A DNA stretch of 63,865 nucleotides from Glycera tridactyla (taxonomy: Eukaryota): assembly GCA_965644265.1 (NCBI GenBank), contig OZ286462.1, positions 117,056,136 to 117,120,000 on the forward strand, written 5' to 3'. Both the position numbers and the translations under genes were made by a program. The notes below the pieces were generated by a model that saw only the letters and a program-made list of their open reading frames with translations, searched no databases and was not told where the DNA came from. Shown piece by piece: positions 13,501 through 27,491 of the stretch (position 1 is its first letter; each line of letters begins with the position of its first letter).

Positions 13501-16500
13501 TGTATCCATATCATGTTCAATGTTTTCTGTGTGAATTTCTCTTGTTTCTCTGTTTGGCCACTTAAGCATATAACATTTCTCACAATTGACAATAAACAAT
13601 TAACAATCATTTATCGACGAGATGTTAGTGAACATTTCATAAGGGTCAAGCAATAACAGACAGCAGTTTGCATTATGTGTACAATTAGTTGACAAAAAAA
13701 GAAAGATGAAAATAAAGATGAAATGTGTGTGAACATATTCAATATCTGATCAATGCCCAAGCTGTCAGAAGAACCAGCAGCGATAGTACGATACAGAATA
13801 AAAAGCAGACAAAAAGACATAATATGAATCGAAGAATACCAGCGAACAGTGAAAAATTTCATCTCCTGCACCAAATTCCCTCATCAAATCACCACTCACA
13901 CCTCTGAATCATGTCTTTGTTCATGGTGATTATGATATTATAATAATATCTATATCCAATTATCACTCATCCTCGTTACCATGTCTTTGTTTATAGTGAT
14001 TATGTTTAAGTGATTAAGTCCACAAAATCTGTTTGACATATGTAAATAAATATTTGTTTTTGCAACTTTCCGCATTGAGAAGAGAAGATAATATAAGATA
14101 GAATAATAAGTTCACAGAGCTATTGGAGGGAAAGTTTCCCAAATTCACCCAAGGCATATGAAAGTGGCAACGTATCAAATGCAAAGCCAATTAGATACAG
14201 GTATATATTGATTCGTATGCTAGAGTGTCGAACCCCATTGTCATTCATATCTTTCATGTTCGATCATGCAATTTCAAAACTAAGAGAAGCAAGTTTGTTA
14301 TCCATCATGAATGAATGCTCTTTCAGATTTGATATTGAACTGGATTGGATTATTACAACCTGGTTGTGAATACACTCAAAACATAATTCCAGGTCACACA
14401 TCAACCAATGATAAGAGAGGAAGTATTTCAATAAAACCAACGTCACTGATAAAGAAATGTCAATATACACTGACATTGAAAGTGAACGATAATGCGCCAC
14501 AGTGCAAATAGAAGAATCAGGTGTATCAAAAAGCTCGACAAAAGAATGCTTGACAGTTTTATATGCAGGAGTTCAGGATATCAATTTTATCAAGAATGGA
14601 TGGTTTCTTTTTCAAGAAACAAATTCTCACAATGCACCTGCATATGGATCAGGTATCGATGATCATCAAGGCTGCAGGGTCCACTTTCTATGTCTACTGA
14701 TTGCAAAATAAACACCAGGTGATATTTGCCCATTTGAGTGCGCATATGCGTGTGAGTGAGTGTGTGCGTCAAACAGGGCTCTTTGTTGCTACTTATAAGT
14801 GTAGCCAATGGCTAACAAATTTACTTACTGGCCACCATATTTCGAAATATGTAGTTATAATGAAAATTGGGAATTGACAATTTATTGACTGACTCCCAAA
14901 ATTTAGCAATGGCTGGTTCCCTGGTTTTTGGACCAACATAGAACCCTGTTGAATGCTCCCTAGATAATTCAAAGAAAACCTGTAGAATATTTAAAGATTT
15001 TCGAAAATGCCAGGGAACAGATCCCAATATGAACAGGCACTTAATTAAAATAACGTACGTTATCAGGCTATGCTGAGGATATTTATGGACCGCGGCAGCC
15101 GACATAATTGAGCGGGTTCCCATCATAACTTGCTACAATCTGTTGCCTACAATACACGTAGTTGCACAAAACACAATACATGCAAGATGCAGATGATTGG
15201 GATGAAAATGGTGAAAATGGTATTAAGACAATTCATAAATGTCACCTGCATGCCATATTCAGCTGACAAAAAATCTACGCCATATAATGTATTGTGTATG
15301 ATGGAAATGGTAATTAGGCAATTCAAAAATGTCATCTGCGTGCATCAATCAGCTGAGATAAATACTACGCCATAAAATTTATTTTGTTTCCTGGACACAT
15401 GTATACCATGGGTCTTTTGTCTTGTGACAACACCATACTTGTCCATTACTTCATGAACCTGATCATAATTTAGGATCTACGATTGTTTCTCTCATTGTTG
15501 AGGTACTTATTATTGGCTATACAAAGAGCTGAATGTATTGGGAAATTATATAAATTTACAGATAATAATGATTTTGCGTACCCATGCCGAATCATGGCAG
15601 TTATCGTACAACCAAATGTTTTTCTCATTGAACGAAGTTGGTAGTACCTCAATTCATATCGCAATTGTATAATCCCTAGCCTTATAGGATTCGATAGGGT
15701 CCCATACTTGATTTTTTTCCAATGAACGAGCATAGAGGTGAAATAAGCTGCTTCACAATACATATTTTGCATGAATAAATTGGCCGAAGCAAAAGACAAA
15801 TCCTGCTGGAAAACATTGTTGAGATGATGGTATGCAATCAAAGTCATTCAGTGATATACAAGAGACAAATAATCTAATCATAGATGATATCATGTCAATA
15901 CATATCAGTTACCTATTTGCCAGACATCATTGCAGGGAGGGCATAACCCCTCACCACCAGCTGCAAAACAAGGGATAAATTTCACATGTTCAGAAAGTGA
16001 GTGAATCAATCGAAAGTTGACTGCCAATCCATGTATCTGAATGACATTCCCTCTAATGCATTGTTCTATGATCTGTCTCTCAGAGGATCATATCTTGTGC
16101 TCTGATTCATTGAATATATTCTCGAGGAGATACTACTAGGGAAACTTTTATTCAGGAGAGAAGGCAGTCTAATGATATTGGTCATGAATATTCATACAAT
16201 TTTCGAAATCAATACCATCTCCATGGTTTGCTGAGGGGATCAAGAGATATGGCTGAATGGTGACATATATACATATATCTTTCCAGGGGCTACTTGTCAG
16301 AACGTTGTTGGCATATGACCTACACTGATTTCTTCTGAAGAATTTGGTATGAGAAATGTTTATATATCCAAGTTTACAGAGAAAGAAAGTTGTATGGATA
16401 TGTGATTCAATTCCACATCGGCATTTTTCCCACGCTGGCTGAGTATCAGAAAGGGTCTAGACAGAAAATTTTAAGTGACCAATCATTTTTCTTACTGGAT

Positions 16501-17410
16501 TTGAAAACTTCAATTGCCGCACAATTTCATTACCCTTTAATATCGAGGAACAATGCAATGCATATACAAGAGCCATTATTTGTTAACCATAGACACCACA
16601 TACATTCTTACCACATGAAACGACACTATTTCACCAGCTATGTTAGTTGATATCTGAGGATGCCACACTATGAACTAGCCACCTCAACATTCACCAATGT
16701 CACGTTCTAATGAATAAGCATTCTGAGTGGATGGCAACAGTATCCACCAACAAGGGTGAGAAAAGACTCCTCTTTGAGATTCAGGCTGACTTCTTTTTCG
16801 ATCCTCAGTCACCATATTCCCAGGACAATGAATGGAATTTAATGTTTTTACTTGTTTGAATGATAACACAAACAATTTAGCAGCTATCACAAATGATAGT
16901 TGATTACAGTTCTGCTCTTATTCATGCAATAATTTGGATTCAATGGTTTTGTCGAGTAATCATATGACAGAAAATGGACAAGAAATATGTTTCACCCTGA
17001 ATCATTTCACTGGTTGGATATATCAGTTGAAGTGTGGATGGATTTCATAGAAAAAAAACACATCTATATCAAGAACACTGGTTAAGTAATGTGTACTGAC
17101 ATAATGTGATTAGACTTGGGTCAGAATGATCACAGATAAAAAGGGCCACACAAGTTGATTGTTTAGGTGAAATAGAAAGGCATCATAGGATCTAAATTAA
17201 AAGAAAATGTGCAAGTAAGAAAACATTCATATATCATGTTACAGAACATGGGATTCATCTTCCTTTGTTCTCCTTTCGCAGACTCGGAGATGACTAACTA
17301 CATGATTCATCGATCATCAAAATATAAATGTTATCAAATAAACCTGACTATTGCTCATTAGTTTTGGTTATTTCAAAGAGTGATATGCTAGTTTGACTAT
17401 ATGTAGGTAC

Positions 17411-17641
17411 TTACTCAACATCAGTAAGGATCCGTTTCTGTGAGTAGACTGCCCAGTATACGAGGTTGAACAAAGCGAAGATGGTGGGATACAAAATGCG
17501 AGACATCTGGTCAACTCCATCTGAGTTATTGAGCTTCTCCTTGATGACTTGCCACTTGGAACATGCTCGAGCACGTGGCGACATGACATGTGTTGTACAG
17601 GACTTGTCTGGTGATGAGTTCGGAGACATCTCATGTAATTC
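17411..17641 (-). CDS. Cys-loop anion channel subunit, last coding exon 9 (M4 and stop)
   Basis: TTGTAG| phase 0. Reads ELHEMSPNSS...DGVDQMSRILYPTIFALFNLVYWAVYSQKRILTDVE* with the M4 motif D..SR..FP..F..FN..YW. CDS totals of 1323 and 1317 nt are both divisible by 3. Confidence 0.93.
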   Translation of the reverse strand, partial: ELHEMSPNSSPDKSCTTHVMSPRARACSKWQVIKEKLNNSDGVDQMSRILYPTIFALFNLVYWAVYSQKRILTDVE

Positions 17642-17846
17642 CTACAATTTCATCATAAAATGTAAATTTCAATATGAAATTAGCGGTTTAGAAACTACAG
17701 CTGACCCTACAATTACATTCCCTGACAGGCCTGTTCAAGCTTGAGCCATTCTCCTCCTTCTATGGAGTATACAACCACTGACACAGAGTTAACTGCATGG
17801 GTTAACCACTCTACAACACTATGACTGCCTATAGCCAATTACCCAA

Positions 17847-18096
17847 TTGAGAACCGGAGCGTCTGCACCCTGATCATCATCTCAAAAAGTACACACATCT
17901 ACATGCCCACTTGAGAACTGGAGCGTCTGCACCCTGATCATCATCTCAAAAAGTACACACATCTACATGCCCACTTGAGAACTGGAGCGTCTGCACCCTG
18001 ATCATCATCTCAAAAAGTACACACATCTACATGCCCACTTGAGAACTGGAGCGTCTGCACCCTGATCATCATCTCAAAAAAGTACACACATCTATA
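17847..18096. repeat. 64-bp tandem array, about 3.9 copies, in intron 8
   Basis: TTGAGAAC recurs at 17847, 17911, 17975 and 18039. Confidence 0.95.
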
Positions 18097-19560
18097 TGGC
18101 ACTCGCTCACAAAAGACAAATTACACCTTTGAGATTGACCTAGACAATACACAACAATTCTTTGATACATAGCTTGGGTTTTGATATAGATGAATACCAT
18201 ATAGCTTTCAGATGAAATAAAACAAATCTGGGGATCACCTAAGTCATGGTTCGACACGATGCTTTATATGCATTGATGAAAGATTTTTCTTAAGTGAATG
18301 TTCTTCCATGGGACTGCTTTATTCTTGTCCGCGTAATATGACTGTTGTAAAAGGTACCAGGATGGTAAATGTATGCCTGAGAACTTCCATTGGTTATAAG
18401 AAAACTACATAAAGTATGCTGTGATTACCAAGACTGCGAATAGATCCACATACTTGAAAACTCAATCAAGTGCATATCGGGATGGGCCTGGTAGGTTTCT
18501 GAGAAGCTGAAAGTACACTCAAGATGTGTGACCATAATGTAATAACACTGGATACAATGGTTCGTCCGTAATATACATGCTTTCTCGGAACGATCACTTC
18601 ATGTTCAGCATGCTCCATGACGATGCTATATATGATCAGTCAAGACTTTTGAATCGAGATTTTCAAGAGATACATCTCAGATGTAGCATGAACGAGTCTC
18701 CATCATTTTGAGATATTTCACATTGTATTCATTCTGTGAGAAATCTGTGCCAATATCTCAGATATGATATCATTGAAAAATGCAGTCTATGTTTATTAGT
18801 GATTCAAGAGAAACCTCACCATCACAAAAACATGAAAAAGTGTAACGTCCACACAGACAATTCCACAAACACATTCACATTTTCAGTACAAACGACACAA
18901 CTGTTCCGAAAGGGGGAAGAGACTAGAATTATAGTGCTGAGACTGTCAGATATAAAGATGCTTGGGTATTCCACATGTTTGTTGACATTTTATAAGAGGC
19001 ATGAGAGAGGCCCTGCCATGGAATGAGTGTTATTCCTTGATATACTGCATAACAATCTTCTAGTATGCTGTGTTCGAATGTCATAGAGGAGAGGGAATTT
19101 CTCGATTCAGACATATTTTGACGACTCAACTCAAGATATATCCCTATCAGTAAATTTATTGGGCGAATATTGTCCTTCAAGTTCCAGGTCTCTCAGTTAC
19201 TTCTAGGAGAAGAAAGTCTGATTCGGCAGCAGAACCTGATCCTTAGATTCTCTGACATTCTTTGTTTTTGTTTGCATTGCCATCTTGTGGCTGGATTTGT
19301 AGGATGATGACGTTGAGGGGGACATCATGTGATTCACTTGCATCTGGAAGTATGGGCTGATGTGGCCAGATACGTTTCGATGATGACTATAACCCATCAG
19401 TCAACCATTTCTCTATAAGTTTTCATGAGTTTTCAATGGAAATGTCACTTTTGTCCAAAAAATGTGTTGTCGACTGAGAGCAGCTATTGCAATTCAATTG
19501 AGAAGCAAGGAGGGTGCACACAACCAGAGTGAAGAGCATGCCAAACTGTGCGATCTTATC

Positions 19561-20202
19561 ATATTATCACAACAAACCAATAAATTAATGACAGAATGCA
19601 TAAATAAATAAAGAAAATGAACAAATGGATAGAAAAAAGTATTTGATGGAATAAATGCGAAATGATAAAATGAGGGAATAGATCGTCGGATGAGAGTAGA
19701 GTGAACACAAAGTAATATGGTTCCCTGCAATCTGTCAATCAACCATCATGATTTGTATGTAGAATGAGTGTTGCTTCACAGAAAATTCTTAGATTGACAT
19801 TGTGTTAGGCTCTTACTATCCTATCTCGACACCAGTCTGCAGAACGTGTTTTCATTCCTCTATTTCGTGGTGTTTGTCAGGATATTATCACAACAAACCA
19901 ATGAATTAATGACAGAATGCATAAATAAATAAAGAAAATGAACAAATGAATAGAAAAAAGTATTTGATGGAATAAATGCGAAATGATAAAATGAGGGAAT
20001 AGATCGTCGGATGAGAGTAGAGTGAACACAAAGTAATATGGTTCCCTGCAATCTGTCAATCAACCATCATGATTTGTATGTAGAATGAGTGTTGCTTCAC
20101 AGAAAATTCTTAGATTGACATTGTGTTAGGCTCTTACTATCCTATCTCGACACCAGTCTGCAGAACGTGTTTTCATTCCTCTATTTCGTGGTGTTTGTCA
20201 GG
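19561..20202. repeat. 321-bp tandem duplication in intron 8
   Basis: Two copies offset by 321 bp with about two substitutions. Confidence 0.9.
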
Positions 20203-21130
20203 ATAACTATGATATAACCTAATTGGAATTTACTCGATGATAGACCTTAACGCTGATGATGTATTTCTTCAGATATACACACATATGAATTCCCCCCCCC
20301 CCCTCCGAACTTTTTCCAAAAGATACATTTGACCAGTGCAGCATCAACATGTCTCGATTGATGGATACTTGATGTCATGCAACATCTATTTCTTATCGAA
20401 TACCACGTGCAGAGAGATGCAGGGCACCAGTCGATGGCAGAGTTGCAAGCCGATGATCATCTCATGCTGATCAGGTACCCGGATGTCCAGAAAAATAATG
20501 TTTGTGTGTGGAGCACAGAGTACAACAAAAGGACAGGTGCCACAGACGGAGATACCAGGTGAAATATGAACAAGATAACAAAAGAAATCACCACTTCTTC
20601 CTCTTTGACGGTATCAATATTTATCGCTCTAGGGTCATCATGGTCATCCTAAAACATTGCCGTGCATAATCGAGTTGAAACAGTCATCTTCTCTGTTTGA
20701 ATTCTTTACCTCTCCACAAAAAAGCAATATGGAATCATAAATAGGGATGCTTTGTACTCCTTGCCAAATATTGTATCAAGTGATAAACTAGCAACTTATT
20801 ACAATTGATTGTGGAATAGGATATCAGTGAAACATATACTATAATGGATCAATGCTATTTCATCATATAACATGATATCAATATGAAATGAATGACAATT
20901 AAATTAAATTGAATTGAATTAGGGGTCCACATGCAAAAAGCGATGTGACATAACAAATGTGTGGAAACTACATTTTTGTAAGTGGCCATCGGGGATTTGG
21001 TAGCTATGAATTGGTAGATGAACTGATAGTGAAATCAATGAAAGCAACCATGTGTGATAAGTTGACTGTTGGATAGGACCAATGATTAAAGCTAGTCAGC
21101 TCACAGAATCGATAGAATGCATGTACTCAC

Positions 21131-21239
21131 GATGTCTTCAGATGATGCATTGACGGATCCATCATCTTTAGAGGCTTTATCTTCATGCTCCTGCTCCATC
21201 CGCACCAAGGAGTTGACGAATGCGTATTCTATCAGAGTG
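21131..21239 (-). CDS. Cys-loop anion channel subunit, exon 8 (end of M3, intracellular loop)
   Basis: GCATCCAG|...|GTGAGT, 109 nt, phase 2 to 0. Reads (S)TLIEYAFVNSLVRMEQEHEDKASKDDGSVNASSEDI, containing the EYA.VN motif. Confidence 0.93.
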
Positions 21240-21339
21240 CTGGATGCAAATAAACAAAGACAATAACATCATAATAGATTTAGCAGTCTCCAGCGGATGG
21301 ATAGATTGATTATACCTTTGTGAACTATCAATGCACCAG

Positions 21340-21740
21340 TTTTATCATTTCTGTCTGTCTGTCTTTCTGTCTGTGATGCACCAATGTTCTCATTCATTTG
21401 ATTCATGCGGTCATCGATCTATCCATTCTACAATACATTTATCTATCTGCTTATCTAGTTTCTGCCTGTCTGTCTGTCAACCTGCTTGCCCGCCTGTCTT
21501 TTCGTCTGTCCGGCTGCCTGTCTCCCTCTCTGCCAGCCTGTATACATGTTCGTCTACCCTTCTGGCTGTTTGTGTGTCTGTTTGTCTGTCTGCCTGTCTT
21601 GCCCGCCTGCCTGCCTGCCTGCCTGTCTGCCTGCCCGCTTGCCTGACTCTATTTGTTTGTCGGTCTGGCTATCTGTCTCTCAGTCTATTCGTCCCTCTGT
21701 GTCCCTGTCCGTCTGTTGATTATCTATCCACTTGTCTATT
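21340..21740. repeat. Degenerate (GTCT)n/(GCCT)n tetranucleotide tract; similar tracts near 30020-30150, 32990-33050 and 47290-47450
   Basis: Direct inspection. Confidence 0.85.
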
Positions 21741-21821
21741 CGTCCACGTTGTATATCTGTGATCCCCATCTTGATAGAAGTGTCATGGTCTAACTTTATG
21801 GTGTCCTGCAGGGTAACTTAC

Positions 21822-22092
21822 CTGAATACAAGTATCATGCAGAATGCGAACCAGACATCAATGGCTCGGGCGTAGGCCACAACCTGTGAGCCTTGAGCAG
21901 ATTGAAGTTGTGTAGCCATGGTGAGTACTGTGGTGACCCCGAGCGTGATGCGGGCTGGTACTGCATTCTTGTGGATCCAGAAGGATACCCAGGAGATGAT
22001 GACTATCAGGATGCTGGGAATGTAACTCTGTAGCATGTAGTAACCAAACTCTCGCTTCAGATGGAAGTTGGCCATGATGCAGGAAAACTTGC
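21822..22092 (-). CDS. Cys-loop anion channel subunit, exon 7 (beta10, M1, M2, start of M3)
   Basis: TATTTCAG|...|GTAAGT, 271 nt, phase 1 to 2. Reads KFSCIMANFHLKREFGYYMLQSYIPSILIVIISWVSFWIHKNAVPARITLGVTTVLTMATQ...AIDVWFAFCMILVF. The PAR motif indicates anion selectivity. Confidence 0.97.
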
Positions 22093-25000
22093 CTGAAATA
22101 GGGAGAGAGCTGATCAGATTGTGTAACACTTCAGTACACTCAGAAATTGAAGGTTCCAGCCGGAAGTTCTCGGATTATCAGTCGATGAATTTTTTTTTTA
22201 TGAACACATTAAGAAAATGATGAAAACACAGAAAAAAGGCAATATCGAACGCTAGGCGAATACCGATTCCCAGTTTGGACAGTTTCTCGGGCAACCTATT
22301 TCTTCATCATCGCAGCGAACCTCTAGATTAATGATGAATGAGTAATGTTAGGGACAGGTCCTATGGTACGTCGTTTAGTGTGAAGGGATAGGTTGTAAAT
22401 TGTGAGTTGTAAGTCAGTTTGGACGACTACGAGCCGCGGTTTCAGATACGGGGTTGTTTTTTGTACTGATGCATTTCTCAACGGATAATCGAAGGGCATT
22501 AGCCATGAAAAGAAGATCATCAATTTTCAATCCAAATCAATCATCAGACGGATATAAAAGAAACTGGCCTCCAACCAATCATGCAGCTGACAGTGATTGC
22601 ATATCATTGTTTGTGCAAGCTTCTGCATTGTTTGTGGTTAACAGTTCTACCACGCCGAGAGCGATTAATGTACTGACAAGCTGTTACTGTGAGCGGGCGC
22701 ACCCCCTCCAAGTAGTCAATGGCCAAATAGCAAATCGCGCTGTTCCCGCGACGCAACGGAGGGGGTGAGCATGGGGCATGTATCAGCCACTACAGCCGTG
22801 TTTAATCCTGAGACCAAGTACTGTGCGTATGCTACCTACATCGCCGAATCATCCAAATAGATGAAAAATGCATCAAAACTGTCACAAATCCTCACATATC
22901 CCTCACAAATAAATCATAATCATTTGCCAGCAAGTTATCAATTACCGTTCATCAGGCATTGGGAGCAAAAACCGGCGAAGTTTGATACAATTGGTCATTT
23001 CAGCGAGGGCTGTATTTTGGGGTTTGTTTACAAGTTGGCCATGATGGATTCTTCATGCACGGAGGCTCATTCTTCATTGAAACCCAGCTATACATCATCC
23101 AATAAGCTCAGTTGAATGCATTTTAGTATTTATACGGGTGGCAGAACAATAATTAACCCCACTGGCGTGTACTTAGTCGCTTTAACCAGGTACTCCGCCC
23201 GGCTGGCTGCCCTCGGCCCTACCGGGCCTCGGGCAGCGCCGTGCATCGTACCTGTTAATTATTAAGCCATAGCAGATCTTACTCATATTCCAGATGAAGT
23301 AGAAAACCCTTTTATCTATATGATCATCCTGACTTTTGATACATTCGAGTGCTATGCCAGGAATTATCAAATTTCAAATCAATACACCTTCCCGAAATTC
23401 AAAGGTACCAGGCTATACAAAAAAGCATACTAAGCTTTTTCTGAAGGGTAGGTATTCTGTATCAAGCTATTTATCCTATTGAGTTTTGATATGTTTCCGT
23501 GCATCTCCACAAAGATGGGTGCCAAAGTGTCAAGATGGGTGAATTTCAAATTTCATGATACAACTTTCTTTGATGTATAAAATTATGTCCTAATAGCTTG
23601 AATTTGACATTTCAGTATGGAAAAGATAACCTAATAAACCACTTAGTTTTGGGAGAGCTTTAAACTGACCATGTAGGAACATTACATGCTTTATGTATGT
23701 TATGGATCATCTGATAAAACACTGTGTTTGGAAAGAATAAATAATTTTCCTGATATATATCATAATGAACAAGACCGGTGCATGTTTTCATAGTCAATCT
23801 CATGAATATGACACCAATTTGTCACATGTGTATGCTGATCTATATAATGCATTTTCTGACATCGCCTTCCGATATATTTTGGAGTATCATCATGAGAATA
23901 GATTGTGAAATAGCCATGCATTTTCTGCATTATTTCAGAATAATTTGCAAGCTTCCTAAACAAAAAAAACATATCTGATGTGAACTACTTCTGTTACGAA
24001 ATAAGTTGGATTTACTTGACATACCAACAGAATAACATACGTTATGATGGACATGTCAACCATAATGTATGTTATGAAGGTCATGAAATTACTGCTTTTC
24101 ACTTTCGAAAAAGAATCAGTGGCATCTGTCTCATTCAGGATGGGTCCAGTTATCAATACTGTCCATCATCAGGCTGGCTCACTCTATCAGATTTTAAATG
24201 ATGAGAATTCAGCATACAGACGTTATGTTGGACAGTCAATAATAACACCTGTTATGTTCGAATGCATATAGCTGGTTTTTCAGTTATATAAATATCACTG
24301 ATTGTGCCTGTATCGATACAGCATAACTGGAGATATTGAACTGATATGTTTCTTGAATTGCAGTACTGAAGCTTATGATGGATAGAGATTTTTGTAACAG
24401 GTGTGACATTGACCACATTGCAAAGATGTCCTGTCATAAGGTATGTTGATAAATATTGTCATATTGTCATATTTGCATGACTCCACAAAGGACTTCAAGC
24501 CAGCAATGTTCTTACCAAATAGAGCTGCATTCATCATAAGAGAATATGACAAGACTGTTCAAAGGGCATACATTCAGAACATACATTATTTTGACGAGCT
24601 GTCCATGAGTAACACCTGTTACATAGAAGTTCCATAATGACTCCAATATTAGAAATAGGTATGAGGTCCTTTAATTTCTGTCAAGCGTATCTCAATGCCT
24701 GGTAATTGTGGTATATTACTGAATGAAAATTGTGGTATTTCTGCCAGAATGTCATATCTGGCATAACAGACTTTACTCAGCATGACAGGTTTGATGATAT
24801 ACAGGACCTATCGATGGGAAATTTACTTCAGTTTGGAATATGCTCTTATCACCATGTTCATCATGTTAGTGTCATGGTAGTATCATTTTCGGATACATAC
24901 GGAAGAAAGCTATCAATGTTGCCACTACATAATATTCATACAAACTGCCACAATATTGCAGGCCTCAATTTTAATCAATCTATAACATACGTTATGCTTG

Positions 25001-27295
25001 AAAAATTGACGGAAATCTATCTCATCCCATTTGACATGGAGTGTAAATACTGTGGTATCCTGAATTTTGTGGATTTCTGACCATGTTGACAGGCAGGATA
25101 AGTCTGATTCCTGTTCATATCCTTACGAGATTATGATTGGAATTTGATCTGATAGCTGTCCAGACATATCAAAGTGTTTGACAGAATATCATAACGTCCA
25201 TTATGCTCCTTTTTTTTGCATCTGATTCAATTACGAAGTGTAATATTCGAATATAACAATATATCTATTCTCATCTGAATGTACTAAGTGTAATTTGGAC
25301 GATTAGAAGTATTTTTATTGTCCAGGAGGCTAGGTCCTGACATCCTGAAATGAGGGTGACTGAATGTCACACTTTTCATGCCTGAAGATGGACCTTTTTT
25401 AAGAGATGGAAAGGTGTTGATCTACAAGTATTCATGATATCATCATGAAGCTATCTCGGTTATCTCTCCTGCAGATGGGTAATCTAACTTGCTCAAGACT
25501 GATATACAGGAGAGAGTGAGCTATCTGGTAGATGAACTGAGAAATGAGCATTACACATTCGACGCATTAGTGTGGAACTGCACTTCCACATATTGAGTTA
25601 TATCTGTCCAAATCACCACAACCAGCACCACCACCAACACCACCAGTCTTCACACAACCTATTCCACATCATTTCCATTCCTTGTGAACTGTTCGGTGAC
25701 ATATCTCGGTATCAAATATTGATAAGGAATAGAAAGACATGATCATGCTCGGAGGCTTCATATGGTATATATATTCACTTTATTGTGAACATCCTCAGGT
25801 TTTTCAGAGATCACACAACACTGAGAAACCATGCCAGATAATACAATACGTATCTTGAAAGGATAGGTCACAGAAAATCCACAGGCATTCCATATCGAGT
25901 GATACTTACAATATGTCTTTTTGAATGGTATCTTACCTCCACATCAATTATGTCTCATTTATGGTACTCAATTCTAGTATTGGGGAGAATTAGATCAGCT
26001 ATTCCCCTAGCAAATATAGTATGGTAAAAAATTATGTAATATAGAAAAGGAAATACGTAATGCATGCGCCGTTCCGAGAGTTTAAAATGAACACAAATCA
26101 GATGTTATTCAATTGAATATTCCAGCCACGATGAGTGAAACAACTTGGATGAAATATCCACTCTGTATCAAGCAGGTAGTGAATGCTAAGCAAAGCGAAA
26201 AGTCTGCAATTTCCTCAACCAGAAGCAAATCTCACCATATGGAAGTCCACCATTGAATGTACTTGTCATCGTCTGATCCATTGAGCCCAAATGCTGACGC
26301 ATCTCTTATTTGGTCAATCAATATGGCGGCTTTCTTTCACATTCCCAAACTATCATCCTTCAATTTCCAAATAGGCACATTTCTGTATATACACTCTTCT
26401 TGGTTTTCATCTGGTTCATAAAAGATCACTATATGATAACTTGCTGATATGATTCTATGTTGTATGCTGTTTTAATCGCACGCTCGTTGAAAATTGACAT
26501 CATCTCAGCATTCACTCTATCAAAAGAGACTAGATAGATGCATTGCCGATATGATATTGGTTCTCATCTGATCGCAATCAGGTGTTCAATGATTTGTATG
26601 ATTGTGATATTATCATTCTTTTCTATCATCATATCATATGCGGTTTGTCATTGATTATCCGATGTTAACGATGAGTTGTGTCGAATACTTTCGCACCAAC
26701 AAGGGACCTATTCATTATGAACCATCATGATTGCATATCATCAAATCTATTCATAATTAGTATATAATTCGCACATGGAATTTGTCAATTATGTTACATT
26801 GCAACACAACTGTTGCATGAAGGTTTTGGTTGTATACCAAGTTGTATGAAAGATTGTAGGATACAGAATGTAATATCTTATTATTCAGAGAATTATCACA
26901 TTCCAGCAGTACAGAACCAGTAGGATGTTTGTTCATATCCACCAATGAAAACGCCTTAATAGAGATATCGTATGCTGCACCTGACTAGATAGCCAATCTT
27001 TCTATAGGATATGTTCATCTAACATTAGATAATATTTCAGAACATCTGGATAAAAGCCAGCCCAATGTTAGTTGGCATTAAACGACTGATTGACACCGGC
27101 ACTCCAAGCATTTGATCTATGCGCCTTGAACCACGGAAGTAAGAGAAACTGGAGAGAAAGCCCCGAGGACACCAACAGCCAAGGATTTTCATAGCTATCA
27201 CAACGTGTTATATAGGTAAGACCTTTGCACCCAATGAGCAAGAGAAGTCATTAATGAGCGCATCATGCATACGTTGGAACGGATTTGAACCTTAC

Positions 27296-27433
27296 CCGTT
27301 TTGTATGACTCTTTACACCTAGTCGTCGAGCACGATTCTAGATTAAATTGGGGGAGGAATAATTGTTTCTTATCCATATCCACTGCATCCTGGTCCTCCC
27401 ATTCAAGTAGAAGTTCAGTTTCGGGATAGGCAT
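27296..27433 (-). CDS. Cys-loop anion channel subunit, alternative exon 6b
   Basis: TTGTTGTTGCAG|...|GTAAGG, 138 nt, phase 1 to 1. Reads (Y)AYPETELLLEWEDQDAVDMDKKQLFLPQFNLESCSTTRCKESYKT(G). Confidence 0.9.
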
Positions 27434-27491
27434 CTGCAACAACAAGCGAATTCTAGAATTGTTTGGGATTGTGCGAGTGAGGACTGCTTAC

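Noticed and set aside
11000-17300. Possible coding gene downstream of the channel
   Set aside because: Only short stop-riddled frames with no recognisable domain; probably old TE debris and 3'UTR. No poly(A) site could be assigned with confidence.
17847-18096. 64-bp array upstream of exon 9 as a fourth acceptor-derived repeat
   Set aside because: It lies about 200 nt from the acceptor and shows no real homology to the exon 9 junction.
26800-26985. Possible third exon-6 copy (VDMNKH...LLEC after a CAG)
   Set aside because: Only a 9-nt match to 6b. It lacks the W, PQF and loop-C motifs and has no suitable donor.
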